A model generated the notes under the pieces. That model was not told the origin of the DNA. It ran no database searches and saw only the letters and a program-made list of their open reading frames with translations. This document shows positions 48,689 to 60,100 of a stretch of DNA of 64,000 nucleotides, in pieces. The stretch covers positions 3,872,001 through 3,936,000 of the forward strand of contig OZ252149.1 of the NCBI GenBank assembly GCA_965248755.1. Reading direction: 5' to 3'. The translations under genes and the position numbers were made by a program. Position 1 is the first letter of the stretch. Each line of letters opens with the position of its first letter. The DNA comes from Candidatus Latescibacterota bacterium. GTDB taxonomy: Bacteria > Latescibacterota > CBDEFO01.

Positions 48689-51600
48689 CTACTTCATTAA
48701 AACCATCTTTCTTGTCTTCACAAATCCATCCGACTCCATGCGATATAGATAGACTCCGTTAGCCAGACGTTTCCCGTTGTCGTCTTTTCCATCCCAGACT
48801 GTGGAGTGAGTGCCTGCTTCCAACTCCTTATCCACTAATAGCGCTACCCTTTGTCCTGACATGTTATAGACAGATAAATTGATGTGGCTTGGAAAAGGAA
48901 GATCGTAGCGAATTGTTGTTTCAGGGTTGAACGGATTGGGGAAATTAGGGTGAAGTGCAAAGTGTTCTGGCAAGTAGTTGACGGGCAATGTTGAACTTTT
49001 GCTATTGATAGCTACCTCATTGCCCGAAACGTCAATTCCAAGCACGTCAGTAACAGAAATCTGGATGGAAGACGGGGGATTGCTGGCCAATGGTGAGTGC
49101 ATCTTGACCCTAAGCACTACTCCATTTTCATCTATCCCACCTTGTCCTGACTTCCTGGAGATACCTACAGCTAACGTCTTGTCTTCCCGATGTGAGAAAA
49201 GCACGACATCTGAACCCATCAACGCACCAGGCTCTATCTTCTCAAAAATAAGTTCATCCAGATCCCAGCTTAATAGGAAAGAAATCCCCAATAAGTTGTG
49301 GTCTGGCTGCGTCTCCTGGTCCAGCTTGAGGTCGATCCAGAACTCTTCACCGTTAGCATAGGAGCTGTCTATTACGGGTTCTAAGGTATATGGGGACTTT
49401 TGATTTTCGTCTGAGATAGTAATCTTAGCTACTGAACGTCTCTTACCCCAATTGAGTCCTATGGGTAATACATCTCCCTGATCGATTGTGCCATCACCAT
49501 TAGCGTTGGCATATGTAGCGTCCCCCGGAGTCCAAGGCTGGCTGTTCTGACTGTTCCAAGCGTTGGAAGCACCCGTTCGGTTCGGACCTGTGACGCCCCA
49601 ATACAAAGCTATTGGCAGCACGTCAGCTTGGTTGACCATTCCATTGTCGTTTGTGTCGCCAGGCCACACCTCTACCAGCCCAGTGGATCGGATGGTCACA
49701 GATGCTGAGGATGAGGTCAATGGAATAGACGTACCATCAGTATCATTGGCAATTACGTTCACGAGAGAAAAATTGACTGTCGTTCCATCTGGGGTATTCA
49801 GGAGGGCTTTGAAGTTTACTCTTGCTAGCACACCGCGCCCGTCCGCACCGCTTGCGCCGAACTTCTGGCTTATCGCAATTCCTATCTTGCCTTCGGTTTC
49901 ATTTACGTTAGAGTAAAATACTACGGCGTCCCCTAAGAAAGTTCCGGCTACGATAGAACCGGACGTCGGCACGACCACATCTACATAATCTGTGTTGGTG
50001 TAGTTTAGCTCGAAACTTGTCCCAAAAAGCTTGCTTACTTGATCAACTCTTATATCCACCCAAAATTCCTCACCAGCGTTATAGGAAGATTCCGAGAGAA
50101 TAGGCTTGATTGTCCGTATACTCAGGATTTCAACAGTCAACGTATACGGTGAAGTTACGCCCTCGTCCCGTGATGTCACATCTGCCTCGTAACGCCCGTC
50201 ATTAGGTATTTTAATATCCTTATGCGATGCAGAAAAGAAGCGTGTGACATATCCGCTATTAGCTGTGTCCCACAGACCGACCATAAATTTTGAGGAGGGT
50301 TCAACCGTAAGCGATACTTTCTGCCCCTTTGAGAGATCAAGTACATGCGAGTTATAGTAGCGATCAGAATCAGCAAATTTTCTTGAACTGTGCGTCAACT
50401 CACCTTTCACTATTTGCGTCTCTAACAAGAATGGTGAAACATATTGAATAACATCAATTCTTGATGTCGATTCACCAGTAGCATTCTTCACTTTCAAACG
50501 CACTAACTTCTGCCCATATCCAGGACTCAATGTAAAGGATGGATTCTTAGAATATGTTCTCCACGTTGCTCCACTGAAGTTTGAGTTCTCACTTGCCTTA
50601 TAGTGTGTGGGGCTATTAGTCGCAGCATTGTTAAGGATTACTGTCCTGCTTGTTGTTCTGGGAGATCTATTATTGATAGCAAAACTGGTCAAAGTCGGTT
50701 TATCCTGACTATATTCAATGGTGTCACTTAATCGGTTTGATTCACCTCCAGCATTCTTTACCTTGAAGTACACCCTCTTAGTCCCATACCGTGAACTTAG
50801 TGTAAAAGATGGACTTGTAGAATAAGTCTCCCAATTTGCTCCCAAGAAGCTTGATCTCACACTTGCCATATAGTGTGTAGGGCTATTAGTTGCAGTATTG
50901 TTAAGCGTTACTGTCCTGCTTCTTGTTATGGAAGCTCTATTGTTAATCTTAAAACTGTTTAATATTGGTGCATTCCCGACAATATCAACGATTAGGTCTG
51001 CCCTCATAATATCCGAAGAATTCCCTATATTCTCAACAGCTATTCCTGTAGTCTTACCGGAGTAGTCTCTACTACTGGGAACCGAGGTATTATTGAAGTG
51101 CCTTTTACCGAATGTGCCTGGCCAGGGATCACCTACATCTCCCCAATTTGAGTTGCTTTTCAGATCAAAACGGCCGTCGGCTTGCTCAAGTGCAAGACCA
51201 GGATGATTCTCATTATCGTTCACAGTGTTGCCAAATTCATTGGTAGTTATCACTCCTTCATCAACATGCCAGATAAGCAGTCCAGTGCCCCTCAGATGAC
51301 GATCAAATCTCTTGGGCTGTCTGTTCTCCACGAGAAAGTATTCTTTGGAGCTGGGAACAGGTAGTTTGTAGGCTACAGGTGTCTCTTCCACATTTGGAAT
51401 GCTCTGCTGTAACTGATTACGGGGAATTACTGTGGGTGTAATCCAACCGAGTTGTATTTTAGACCAAGCACACATATGAGCAGGACTGGACTGTATGTTA
51501 TGAGCACCTGCCCCCATCAGACCCCAATATCCAATGCCCGCAGAAGAGCCATCTCTATCGTACAGATCCGGCAGCCATAGGTCGTGCCCAAACTCGTGGG

Positions 51601-52621
51601 CAAGTGTACCAAATACAATAGTACCGTTCTGGAAAATGTCTTCTTCGGTCACCATAGTGTAGTTCCATGCATGGAGCCCGTCTACTGTCAGGTCGTCAAA
51701 TATGAACCACCGGTGAGGCCAGATCCATTTGTCAGGCTCACTGCCGTGCAAAGCCTGATCCTGGCCAGCAACTACAATCGCAATGTGATCTATATATCTA
51801 TCACCATCGGTATCATAAGGAGAAAAATCAAAGCCAGTTGCATCCAACTGAAGAACAGCATCTTTAGCTAGTTCCCATTGCTCGAAATACCCATCGTCGT
51901 TTGTGTTCGGATCGCTGTCACGTGGTCCTGTATCAGCGCCCCATTTCCACAGCGGTTGGGAAGACCGTACCCAGCGTCTGCCTCCAACATTTCCTGTCAC
52001 TGTTAGTTTTCCATAGGATACTTCCTTGTAATATGCCTTCATAGAAGAGCTTTCACCGAAGTATGCGGATTCTACTTTAGATATGTCTGTAGTAGCGGCC
52101 TGATCGCTGAAGTCTATACATATTACAAGTATCTTTCTTGTTCCCAGAACAGGAGGAGTTTCTCCAGCTACATGGGGACGAGACTGAGCTATAGCCTTGG
52201 GTGTATATGGATACGAATCTTCCCATACCTGCTTACGCCGATTGAGAATTTCTTGTCTTATTGTTGGCCCTGAGCGTAGGTGAGGCGCTTCTGTTGGTGT
52301 GTCAATTCCGACTACAACATCCGACGGCTTCAGTATCCCAGCTTGATCTCTTATTGCATACTTCCAGTACCCGTCTGAGTCCTTAAGAACAGTATATCCG
52401 TCAAGCGTCTCCAGGTAGCTCTCAAATTCATCCCCAAACACCCTGAGTAGAACTACTTTCCCATCTGGTTGAACTACAGACAGCGTATCTGGAGAGGCCG
52501 GAATGGCCTCCGCGCTATCCACCCAGACTAGATAGGCAGGAGAATTCAGGCCGACTACCAGCAGCAAAGTAGTATAGAAGATTTTCCGATTCATTTTAAG
52601 CTCTTCAGTTGACAAGAGCAT
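48689..52621 (-). CDS. M6 (immune inhibitor A) metalloprotease with cohesin, dockerin and FlgD/T9SS-type sorting domains
   Basis: QPDG propeptide, HEFGHDLWLPDLY, EYFLVENRQ, PGDTNDNG..NQAD, PNPFNPETTIRY...GVYLYRM. Start may be 52594. Confidence 0.9.
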   Translation of the reverse strand: MLLSTEELKMNRKIFYTTLLLVVGLNSPAYLVWVDSAEAIPASPDTLSVVQPDGKVVLLRVFGDEFESYLETLDGYTVLKDSDGYWKYAIRDQAGILKPSDVVVGIDTPTEAPHLRSGPTIRQEILNRRKQVWEDSYPYTPKAIAQSRPHVAGETPPVLGTRKILVICIDFSDQAATTDISKVESAYFGESSSMKAYYKEVSYGKLTVTGNVGGRRWVRSSQPLWKWGADTGPRDSDPNTNDDGYFEQWELAKDAVLQLDATGFDFSPYDTDGDRYIDHIAIVVAGQDQALHGSEPDKWIWPHRWFIFDDLTVDGLHAWNYTMVTEEDIFQNGTIVFGTLAHEFGHDLWLPDLYDRDGSSAGIGYWGLMGAGAHNIQSSPAHMCAWSKIQLGWITPTVIPRNQLQQSIPNVEETPVAYKLPVPSSKEYFLVENRQPKRFDRHLRGTGLLIWHVDEGVITTNEFGNTVNDNENHPGLALEQADGRFDLKSNSNWGDVGDPWPGTFGKRHFNNTSVPSSRDYSGKTTGIAVENIGNSSDIMRADLIVDIVGNAPILNSFKINNRASITRSRTVTLNNTATNSPTHYMASVRSSFLGANWETYSTSPSFTLSSRYGTKRVYFKVKNAGGESNRLSDTIEYSQDKPTLTSFAINNRSPRTTSRTVILNNAATNSPTHYKASENSNFSGATWRTYSKNPSFTLSPGYGQKLVRLKVKNATGESTSRIDVIQYVSPFLLETQIVKGELTHSSRKFADSDRYYNSHVLDLSKGQKVSLTVEPSSKFMVGLWDTANSGYVTRFFSASHKDIKIPNDGRYEADVTSRDEGVTSPYTLTVEILSIRTIKPILSESSYNAGEEFWVDIRVDQVSKLFGTSFELNYTNTDYVDVVVPTSGSIVAGTFLGDAVVFYSNVNETEGKIGIAISQKFGASGADGRGVLARVNFKALLNTPDGTTVNFSLVNVIANDTDGTSIPLTSSSASVTIRSTGLVEVWPGDTNDNGMVNQADVLPIALYWGVTGPNRTGASNAWNSQNSQPWTPGDATYANANGDGTIDQGDVLPIGLNWGKRRSVAKITISDENQKSPYTLEPVIDSSYANGEEFWIDLKLDQETQPDHNLLGISFLLSWDLDELIFEKIEPGALMGSDVVLFSHREDKTLAVGISRKSGQGGIDENGVVLRVKMHSPLASNPPSSIQISVTDVLGIDVSGNEVAINSKSSTLPVNYLPEHFALHPNFPNPFNPETTIRYDLPFPSHINLSVYNMSGQRVALLVDKELEAGTHSTVWDGKDDNGKRLANGVYLYRMESDGFVKTRKMVLMK

Positions 52622-52857
52622 TCACGCCCTTTTAACCTCTCCTCGGGTCAGGTCCTCTCCCAAAGAAAACACCCTTTCTATTACCCTCTTTTCCATGAAA
52701 ACTTCTCGATCATAAAGATAATAAATAAAAGGGAAAAATCAAAACGATTTAGTATCGTATTTACTTGATTTAAGAGCGGAAAAGCAATATATTGCTGGGG
52801 ATCAGGGATGCAAATGTCAGTTTTTCTTTTTGAGGGAGAGATAGAGGAGATTATGGC

Positions 52858-53463
52858 TTAAGCGTCACGATGGAAGAATTTGAGGGCGTTACGGTAGTCT
52901 TCGGGGGTGTTGATGTTGGAAAGGAGGTTTCCATGAAGGTCGAAAGGCTCTATTGCTTCCGAGCCTACGATGTCCACTTTAACTTTGTCAAAGAATCTGA
53001 CGATCTTTAGATCTTCTGATTCTATCTGTTTTCTTATGGGTTCGAGACACCTTCTGGAGTAGACCGCGCACAGGGGATGAAAGCCCTTGTCGTCCTCTGG
53101 AATGATAACGTCTGAATCACCAGTGCGACCGCACAGGTATCTCAAAAATTCCGCCGTTATGAACGGAGCATCGCATGCCAGAAGGAGGCAGTATTCTGTG
53201 TTCGCCCTGAATAGGCCGGTGTATATCCCTCCCAGGGGTCCCCTATCGGGGAATTTGTCCGGGTACATAGAGACGTTCAGGTGGCTCATCTTATCGGGAG
53301 TATTTGTGATTACGAAGGCCTCTTGTGTGACCCTGGCTGCTATATCCAATATGTGCTCTATGAAAGTGGCGTCCCCAAGAGGTAAGAGCGCCTTCTCCCT
53401 TCCCATCCTGGAACTTTTGCCTCCAGCAAGGATTACTGAGGTTATATTGTCAAATATTTTCAT
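52858..53463 (-). CDS. mobA: Molybdenum cofactor guanylyltransferase
   Basis: LAGGKSSRMG, GPLGGI, ACDAP, NINTPED. Confidence 0.93.
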   Translation of the reverse strand: MKIFDNITSVILAGGKSSRMGREKALLPLGDATFIEHILDIAARVTQEAFVITNTPDKMSHLNVSMYPDKFPDRGPLGGIYTGLFRANTEYCLLLACDAPFITAEFLRYLCGRTGDSDVIIPEDDKGFHPLCAVYSRRCLEPIRKQIESEDLKIVRFFDKVKVDIVGSEAIEPFDLHGNLLSNINTPEDYRNALKFFHRDA

Positions 53464-53626
53464 AAGCTCAACTTCCAGCGGTATTACTGTAGAAGACACA
53501 ACGGAATACTTGGCCAGACACGCAACTTCGCCGTTACACATGATTGACAAAGACAGTAGGGGAGACCCGTGTGTCTCCCTGAAAATCTACTGGATATTTG
53601 GACTACAAATCTTTATCTTTATGTTT

Positions 53627-53651
53627 ATCCCCGATTGAATCTATCGGGGAT
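53627..53651. repeat. 21-bp palindrome CCCCGATTGARTCTATCGGGG (representative copy)
   Basis: Other copies or variants at 11029, 14596, 21207, 21799, 38961/38972, 47489, 57243 and 59141. Confidence 0.88.
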
Positions 53652-53700
53652 CAATATTGAATATAACAAGATAGATGATATAGAGTCAAGGAGATACTCA

Positions 53701-55176
53701 ATGTTGGAGATCTTCCAGTCGCTTTACGACATGGATAAGGAAACAGCAGTTCTTCTGGGCGTAGGGCTTTATATGTTGGGCATGCTTGGAGTGGGCTATT
53801 ACGCAAGCAGAAGGGTGGGAGATGCGGAGGACTTCATCGTGGCGGGCAGGAGACTCCCAACCTGGCTCTGCACGGCTACGCTCTTTGCAACCTGGTTTGG
53901 AGGCGGAACGGTCATGGGAGCAGCGGGGGCTGCGTACGAGAAGGGGTTTTTGGGTGTGATAGCCGATCCTTTCGGAGCGGCCTTGTGTCTCTTTTTGGCG
54001 GGACTCTTCTTTGTAAAGACGATGAGGAGGATGAGAATCCTTACGGTGTCGGACTTCTTCGAGCAGAGGTTCGGCAGAGGGGCCAGCGTTATTTCGAGTC
54101 TATGTCTGGTAGCGGCTTACGTAGGATGGGTGGGGAGCCTCTTTGTGGCTATAGGGATGATATTTGAAAATCTAATTGGAGTTTCTTCAGAGACGGGGAT
54201 AATAATAGGGACGTTGATAGTACTTGTGTACACGACTGCGGGCGGGATGTGGGCTGTGTCGCTGACCGATCTTGTGCAGATAATCATAGTCCTTTTAGGA
54301 CTCTTTGCGGTATTTCCAATCGTAGTAAGCAAGGCGGGGGGATGGAGCGAGGCGTTCTCATCTGTCAGACCGGGCAGTTTTGATATACTCCCACAGGGAG
54401 GACTTAAAGAGTGGCTCTGGTACATCCAGGCCTGGATTGTGATAGGGTTCGGGAACATTCCAGGACAGGACCTCATCCAGAGGAGCCTTTCCGCAAGGAA
54501 TGAGAAAGTGGCTCAAAACAGCGCATATCTTTCGGGGATATTGTATCTGACCGTAGGGATTATTCCCGTAATCATAGGGATCATTAGCGTGAGTTTGATA
54601 CCCCAGATAGATGACCCTGAGCATATAGTTCCAAGGATAGCTATGGAGTATCTTCCGACGTGGGCTATAGCCCTTTTCATCGGAGCGCTCTTATCGGCCA
54701 TAATGAGCAGTGCGGACAGCGCGATTTTGGCTCCCTCAAGCATAATCGGCAAAAACGTATTGGGGTATTTCAAGCCGAATGCAGACGGCAGGGAAGTGCT
54801 TTTGTGGACGCGGGCTTCCATTCCGGTAATAGGGATTTTGTCCCTCTTTATAGCTCTGTATTTTGAGAATATATATCAACTCTTGATAGATTCCTTCTCT
54901 GTTCTCTTAGTATCTCTTTTCGTGCCCATGGCTGCGGGAATATGGTGGAGAAAGGCAAATAGTGCCGGAGCCGTGGCAAGCATGGGGGTCGGGTTGGTCT
55001 TCTGGATAGCCTTCAAATTCATAACTCCACAACTGCCGTCGGACATATTCGGCGTAGCAGGTGCGGCTGTGGCTATGTTCGCAGTGGGGCTTCTGACTCA
55101 GAGGAGTTCTGTCCCCCTTCCTTTAGCAGACGCGGGAGGGAACGAAATTGAAATGGAGGAGAGATTGGGGGTATGA
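53701..55176 (+). CDS. Sodium:solute symporter (SSS family)
   Basis: FIVAGR, ATWFGG, GGMWAV..TD, SAIMSSADS; SD AAGGAG. Confidence 0.92.
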   Translation: MLEIFQSLYDMDKETAVLLGVGLYMLGMLGVGYYASRRVGDAEDFIVAGRRLPTWLCTATLFATWFGGGTVMGAAGAAYEKGFLGVIADPFGAALCLFLAGLFFVKTMRRMRILTVSDFFEQRFGRGASVISSLCLVAAYVGWVGSLFVAIGMIFENLIGVSSETGIIIGTLIVLVYTTAGGMWAVSLTDLVQIIIVLLGLFAVFPIVVSKAGGWSEAFSSVRPGSFDILPQGGLKEWLWYIQAWIVIGFGNIPGQDLIQRSLSARNEKVAQNSAYLSGILYLTVGIIPVIIGIISVSLIPQIDDPEHIVPRIAMEYLPTWAIALFIGALLSAIMSSADSAILAPSSIIGKNVLGYFKPNADGREVLLWTRASIPVIGILSLFIALYFENIYQLLIDSFSVLLVSLFVPMAAGIWWRKANSAGAVASMGVGLVFWIAFKFITPQLPSDIFGVAGAAVAMFAVGLLTQRSSVPLPLADAGGNEIEMEERLGV

Positions 55177-56363
55177 TAAAAGATATTACGCGCAGGGATT
55201 TTTTCAAATCTGCCGCTCTTGGAACTGCATCCCTGACTCTGTACAGGTTCGCCTGGGCGCGTCCGGGGCAACAGACGAGTTTGAGTTTTGAGAGCTATGG
55301 ACGTAAGAGAGCAAGGGACCTGGGAATTGTAATCGGCACCATGCCCAGGGGAGAGTTCAATGCTATAACGGACGTGGAAGGAGTAAAGGTAGGACATTCT
55401 ACCATATCCGAAGGGGATGTCAGGACAGGAGTAACTGCTGTGATCCCTCACAGCGATGATATTTTCAGATATAATCTCTTTGCAGGCTGTCTGACCTTGA
55501 ACGGCAACGGTGAGATGACGGGGATGTCAAGGATACGGAGGACGGGACTTTTGGGTTCTCCTATCTTTACCACAAATACGTCCAGCGTAGGGATGGTCTA
55601 CGACGCCGCTTTGAAGTACCTTATGGGGAAATATCAGGACTCCAGGATTCCATCCCCAGTTGTGGCAGAGACGTGGGACGGCTTTCTAAACGATATTGAG
55701 GGGAGGCACGTTGAGGAGGAACACGTCCTGGGGGCTATCAATAGTGCTCAATCGGGACGTGTGGGGGAGGGATGTGTGGGAGGTGGAACGGGGATGGTGT
55801 GCTACGGGTTCAAGGGGGGAATAGGGACTGCATCGAGGGTCATTAAGGAGGGATATACTGCAGGAGTATTAGTTCAGGCAAATCACGGCAGGAGACATCA
55901 ATTGATTATAGACGGTGTTCCTGTAGGCAGGGAAATAACAGATCTTAAAGCGGAAAGGGGAGTGGGTCATAAGTCTATCATCGTAGTGGTTGCAACCGAC
56001 GCGCCGCTTTTGCCCGTTCAGCTGAGTCGCCTAACAAAGAGGGCTGCACTGGGGCTCTCAAGGACGGGAGCGACCGCTATGCATTCGAGCGGGGACATAA
56101 TTTTAGCGTTTTCGACAGGGAATATAGTAGATGTTTATAATAGGTCTGAGGAGTATGAATTTGAGGTATTGAATGATGAGGCGATAACTCCCCTTTATCA
56201 GGCGGTGGTGGAGGCGACCGAGGAGTCGGTAATCAACGCCCTTACGATGGCTAGTACTACGGTGGGGCTAGACGGTAACACTGTCTACGCTCTTCCTTTG
56301 GACAGGGTTGTGGAGATCATGAAGAGGCACGCGAGGCTTCAGGGGCCGCTGATACAACGTTAG
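55173..56363 (+). CDS. P1 family (DmpA/BapA) aminopeptidase with Tat signal
   Basis: TRRDFFK; NAITDV.GV.VGH, NGNGE, FKGGIGTASR, SIIVVVATDAPL. Confidence 0.9.
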   Translation: MIKDITRRDFFKSAALGTASLTLYRFAWARPGQQTSLSFESYGRKRARDLGIVIGTMPRGEFNAITDVEGVKVGHSTISEGDVRTGVTAVIPHSDDIFRYNLFAGCLTLNGNGEMTGMSRIRRTGLLGSPIFTTNTSSVGMVYDAALKYLMGKYQDSRIPSPVVAETWDGFLNDIEGRHVEEEHVLGAINSAQSGRVGEGCVGGGTGMVCYGFKGGIGTASRVIKEGYTAGVLVQANHGRRHQLIIDGVPVGREITDLKAERGVGHKSIIVVVATDAPLLPVQLSRLTKRAALGLSRTGATAMHSSGDIILAFSTGNIVDVYNRSEEYEFEVLNDEAITPLYQAVVEATEESVINALTMASTTVGLDGNTVYALPLDRVVEIMKRHARLQGPLIQR

Positions 56364-56483
56364 CTGAAAAGAGGAACGGCAGATAGCTTTGAGAGTCACA
56401 AGGATTAGGAGAAAATGCCAAGGAACATTCCCAAGATGAACATTCCCAAGATGAAGATTCATAGACTATCGGAGGCGTTCAGG

Positions 56484-57176
56484 ATGAAAGCAGGTCTTCG
56501 TCAGATCTCCTTTTTATTTCTTATAGTATCTGCTCTAATCTTTGGAGGCTGCCTGGAGCTTATTAGAAAGAGACCGGCCCAAGAAGAGGGGAGAAAGGAG
56601 GAGACAGTTAGGACAAAGGGCCGTAAGGAGGAAAGTTCCGAAAAATCGACAGAGAGAACAGAAGGAGATACAGGGGATAAAGAGTCCCACCGGACGCGAC
56701 TCCCCTCTGCCGAGATAGAAAGTCCATCTGGAGATACGCTCGCTACGAAGATGGTCGAACCAGAAGCGGAGATTCAACAAACGATTGCAGCACGGGTTGA
56801 AGCAGAAGATAAGAAGATGAACGCAGTATTATATTCCGTAGATCCCTCCAAAAAAAGGAGCGCTAAAGAGATAAATAAATACTCTTTTTGGTGTATAGAA
56901 CAGGAGATGTGGAGCGAGGCAAAGGCACATCTGGAGAAGGCGGCAAAGTTGGACACGACGTCGGCGAGTATCTATAACAATTTGGGTATAGTCTACGAGT
57001 ACTTTCAGATGGAGGAAGAGGCTCGCCGGGCCTATCAAACAGCCATGCGACTCGATTCCCGAAATGTGGTCTACAGGAGAAACTATATCCTCTTAAAAAG
57101 GAGTATAGGCTCAAAGGTAGCTGATGAACCTATGATTGAAGGAGAGAGTGTGGCTACCGAGCAGCCTGAGGAATAA
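56484..57176 (+). CDS. TPR lipoprotein
   Basis: SD GGAGG, lipobox FGGC, TPR (IYNNLGIVYE). Confidence 0.78.
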   Translation: MKAGLRQISFLFLIVSALIFGGCLELIRKRPAQEEGRKEETVRTKGRKEESSEKSTERTEGDTGDKESHRTRLPSAEIESPSGDTLATKMVEPEAEIQQTIAARVEAEDKKMNAVLYSVDPSKKRSAKEINKYSFWCIEQEMWSEAKAHLEKAAKLDTTSASIYNNLGIVYEYFQMEEEARRAYQTAMRLDSRNVVYRRNYILLKRSIGSKVADEPMIEGESVATEQPEE

Positions 57177-57181
57177 GACGC

Positions 57182-60100
57182 ATGACTTTGACGAGATACA
57201 GAAAGACGCTCTATACAGGGCGGAAGAGAATGCCCTGTCTCTCCCGATTGAATCTATCGGGGGCTACTGTCTACTGTCTACTTATGATAGCAGTTCTGGT
57301 TGTAGCGACTGCAGCGCCCGGGATCGTTAGAGCTCAGGACATTTTGTTATCACAGTTTTCTCAGAGCTTTGGAAAGAACAAGATTCAGTACAAGAAATTC
57401 CAGTGGTGGAAGTTGAAAACGCAGCATCTGGAAATCTACTACAATCCCGAGTATCTTGGCCTTGCCCTGTCAGCAGCAGAGATACTTGAGGATGGCTACG
57501 AGAAGATCAGCCGAAGCCTCCACCATGACCTTTCGACCATTCCTCCGATCATTATCTTTCAGTCTCACTACGACTTTGAACAGACGAATATAGTGCCCTA
57601 TATCCTGCCTCCGGGCGTTGGCGGGTTCGCCGAGAGCCTGAAGTTTAGGGCCGTCATCCCGTTCAACGGAGACCTGGAGGATTTCAGGAGCGTTCTGGTC
57701 CACGAGTTGACTCATCTTTTTCAGTATGACATTCTGTACAAGGGGCCTGTAAAGTCCCTGACCAATAGAATCAATTCCCCGCCAACTTGGATCATGGAGG
57801 GGATGGCGCAGTACGAGGCTGGCGACATGAACGCTGTGGATGAGATGGTGCTAAGAGACGCTGTGCTGACGAATACTGTAATACCCATAAAGTCTTTGGA
57901 CAATTTCCAGGCGGTAAGGAACGTGTTTTTAGCGTATAAACAGAGCCACTCTCTGATGCAGTATATATCGCAGGAGTACGGTGAGGATAAAGTTGGAAGA
58001 ATCTTACGGGACTGGAAAGGGAGCACGGGAACAGGGCATACCATAAAAAGAGTCTTGGGTACGGACATTCAAACTTTAAGCGACAGTTGGTCTTCCCATG
58101 TGCGCAGAAAGTATTGGCCATTGCTCACCGAAAGGAAGTATAACTTCGAAATAGCAAAGGAAGTCCCGGCAGAAGAGGTTTCGTACTTAAGTCCAAGCTG
58201 GTCCCTTGGCGGGGAGATGTTGGCAGTCGTATCTACAGATGGTATTTCCTTCAATATTGACCTGATACGGGTAAAGGACGGAGAGCTGATGAAGCGAATA
58301 ACAGAAGATATGAAGACTTCTGTCTATACAGACCTGAAGGTGGAAGAAGGTTGTGTGGCGTGGTCTCCTGACGGGCAGTACATAGCTTTCATAGCCAGAA
58401 AGGGACCTTCCGATTTGGTACTCGTGTGGAATGTCTATAGTTCTGAGCTGATGGATGCGTTGACGGTGGAAGGTGTTCAGGAAATATCCACCTTGGCCTG
58501 GGCGCCTGATAACAGGAAATTGGCATTTTCGGGTTCAAGCCGCGGCCAGACGGACATATATATACTGGATATTAAGACAAAAGCTTCCACAAAGTTGATG
58601 CATACTCCCGATCGCGAGTCTCAGCCTTCGTGGTCTCCAGATGGGAGCAGACTTGCGTTCAGCTATAGGACCAACGGAGGTGTGGATCTTATGGTCTATG
58701 ATTTTGAGCTGACAAAGGCGCAAAAGATAGTTTCTGGAAAGTCGGACGATACCTGGCCCCGGTGGTTCCCGGACGGGGTAAGATTGCTTTTCGTATCGAA
58801 CAGGGATGGTATAAATGATCTTTTTGTCCTGGATCTTGAAAGCAAAAAAGAAAGCAGACTGACCAAGACTATAAGCGGACTCTCAAATCCGTCGATTTCT
58901 CCGGATGGAAAAAAGATAACGTTTGCCTCTTACTACAACAGTAGAAGGAAGATCTACGTGATGGACGTCCCATCACAAGAAGAGCTGGCCTTAACGGATG
59001 ATGAAAAAGACGCGCAGAAAGATGCGACGCCTGCTACAGACGGTGGTGAGATGATCTTATCGCCGCACGTCAAGGAGGAAGAGAGCATTGGTGATTATGA
59101 TAAGGTGAATGTGGATGATGATGGAGACCATGCATCCCCGACCCCCGATTTAATCGGGGGTTCAATCGTGGATAGCCTGAAGGTAAGGAGACAATACAAG
59201 CGGAGCAGATATAAACCGAGTCTTCAATTAGATGGAATCAGCGCTCAGCTTTCTTTATCCAACAACTTCTTCGGCACGGTAGCCCAGATTTCGTTCAGCG
59301 ATCTTATGGGAAATCACAGCCTGGGGATAGCGACGGATTTCGTTTCAGGGTTCACCAGCTTTGGAAGGGTTAATGACCTCAACTTTTCGGTCATATATGG
59401 ATATTACGGAAGGAGGACAAACTTAGACTTCGGGATCTTCAGCTGGACGCAATATTTCACAGATTCTAACAATCCCTTCTTGGATTTGAGGACCGGCAGG
59501 TTGATGCGTGCTCTGGGGTCCGACAGGCAGTCCGGGCTCTTTGCAAGGATGACCTATCCTATAGATCTTTATCGGAGAGTGGAATTTAAGTATACGTTCG
59601 TGGATCAGAACAGGGAATTTGTGTTCCCGGAGAAGGAGAGGATTGAAAAGAAAACCACGCATCTTTTCCAGACTGTCTATGTAAACGACTCCGTAGAGTA
59701 CGGTTGGCTGGGGCCTTCAAGGGGCAGAAGGTTCTACCTTTCCGCCGGTCAGGCGGTAAAGATCACAGAGGGCCACAGGCAATTTACCCATCTGGACGCG
59801 GACTTAAGGTTCTACGCCGGCAGGAACTCCGTCTTTGCTTTCAGACTTAAGGGACTGGCATCTCTGGGGAATGACGCTATAACCCACTTTTTGGGAGGTC
59901 CAAGTACAGCCACGACCCTTGGATTTGGCTACCAGGTGAACGTTGGGCCTTTGAGGGGCTTTGACTTCAGTGAGTTAGCAGGGACCAGGTTATTTCTTAT
60001 GAACATGGAGTACAGAGTTCCCTTTGTGAGGAATCTGACGCTCGGATGGCCCGGTAATATCTCTCTTGGAGGCCTAATGGGGGCAGTCTTTACAGACGTG

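Noticed and set aside
56415..56460. N-terminal MPRNIPKMNIPKMKI extension from a 15-bp duplication
   Set aside because: A better SD and signal peptide begin at 56484, so the repeat is probably untranslated.
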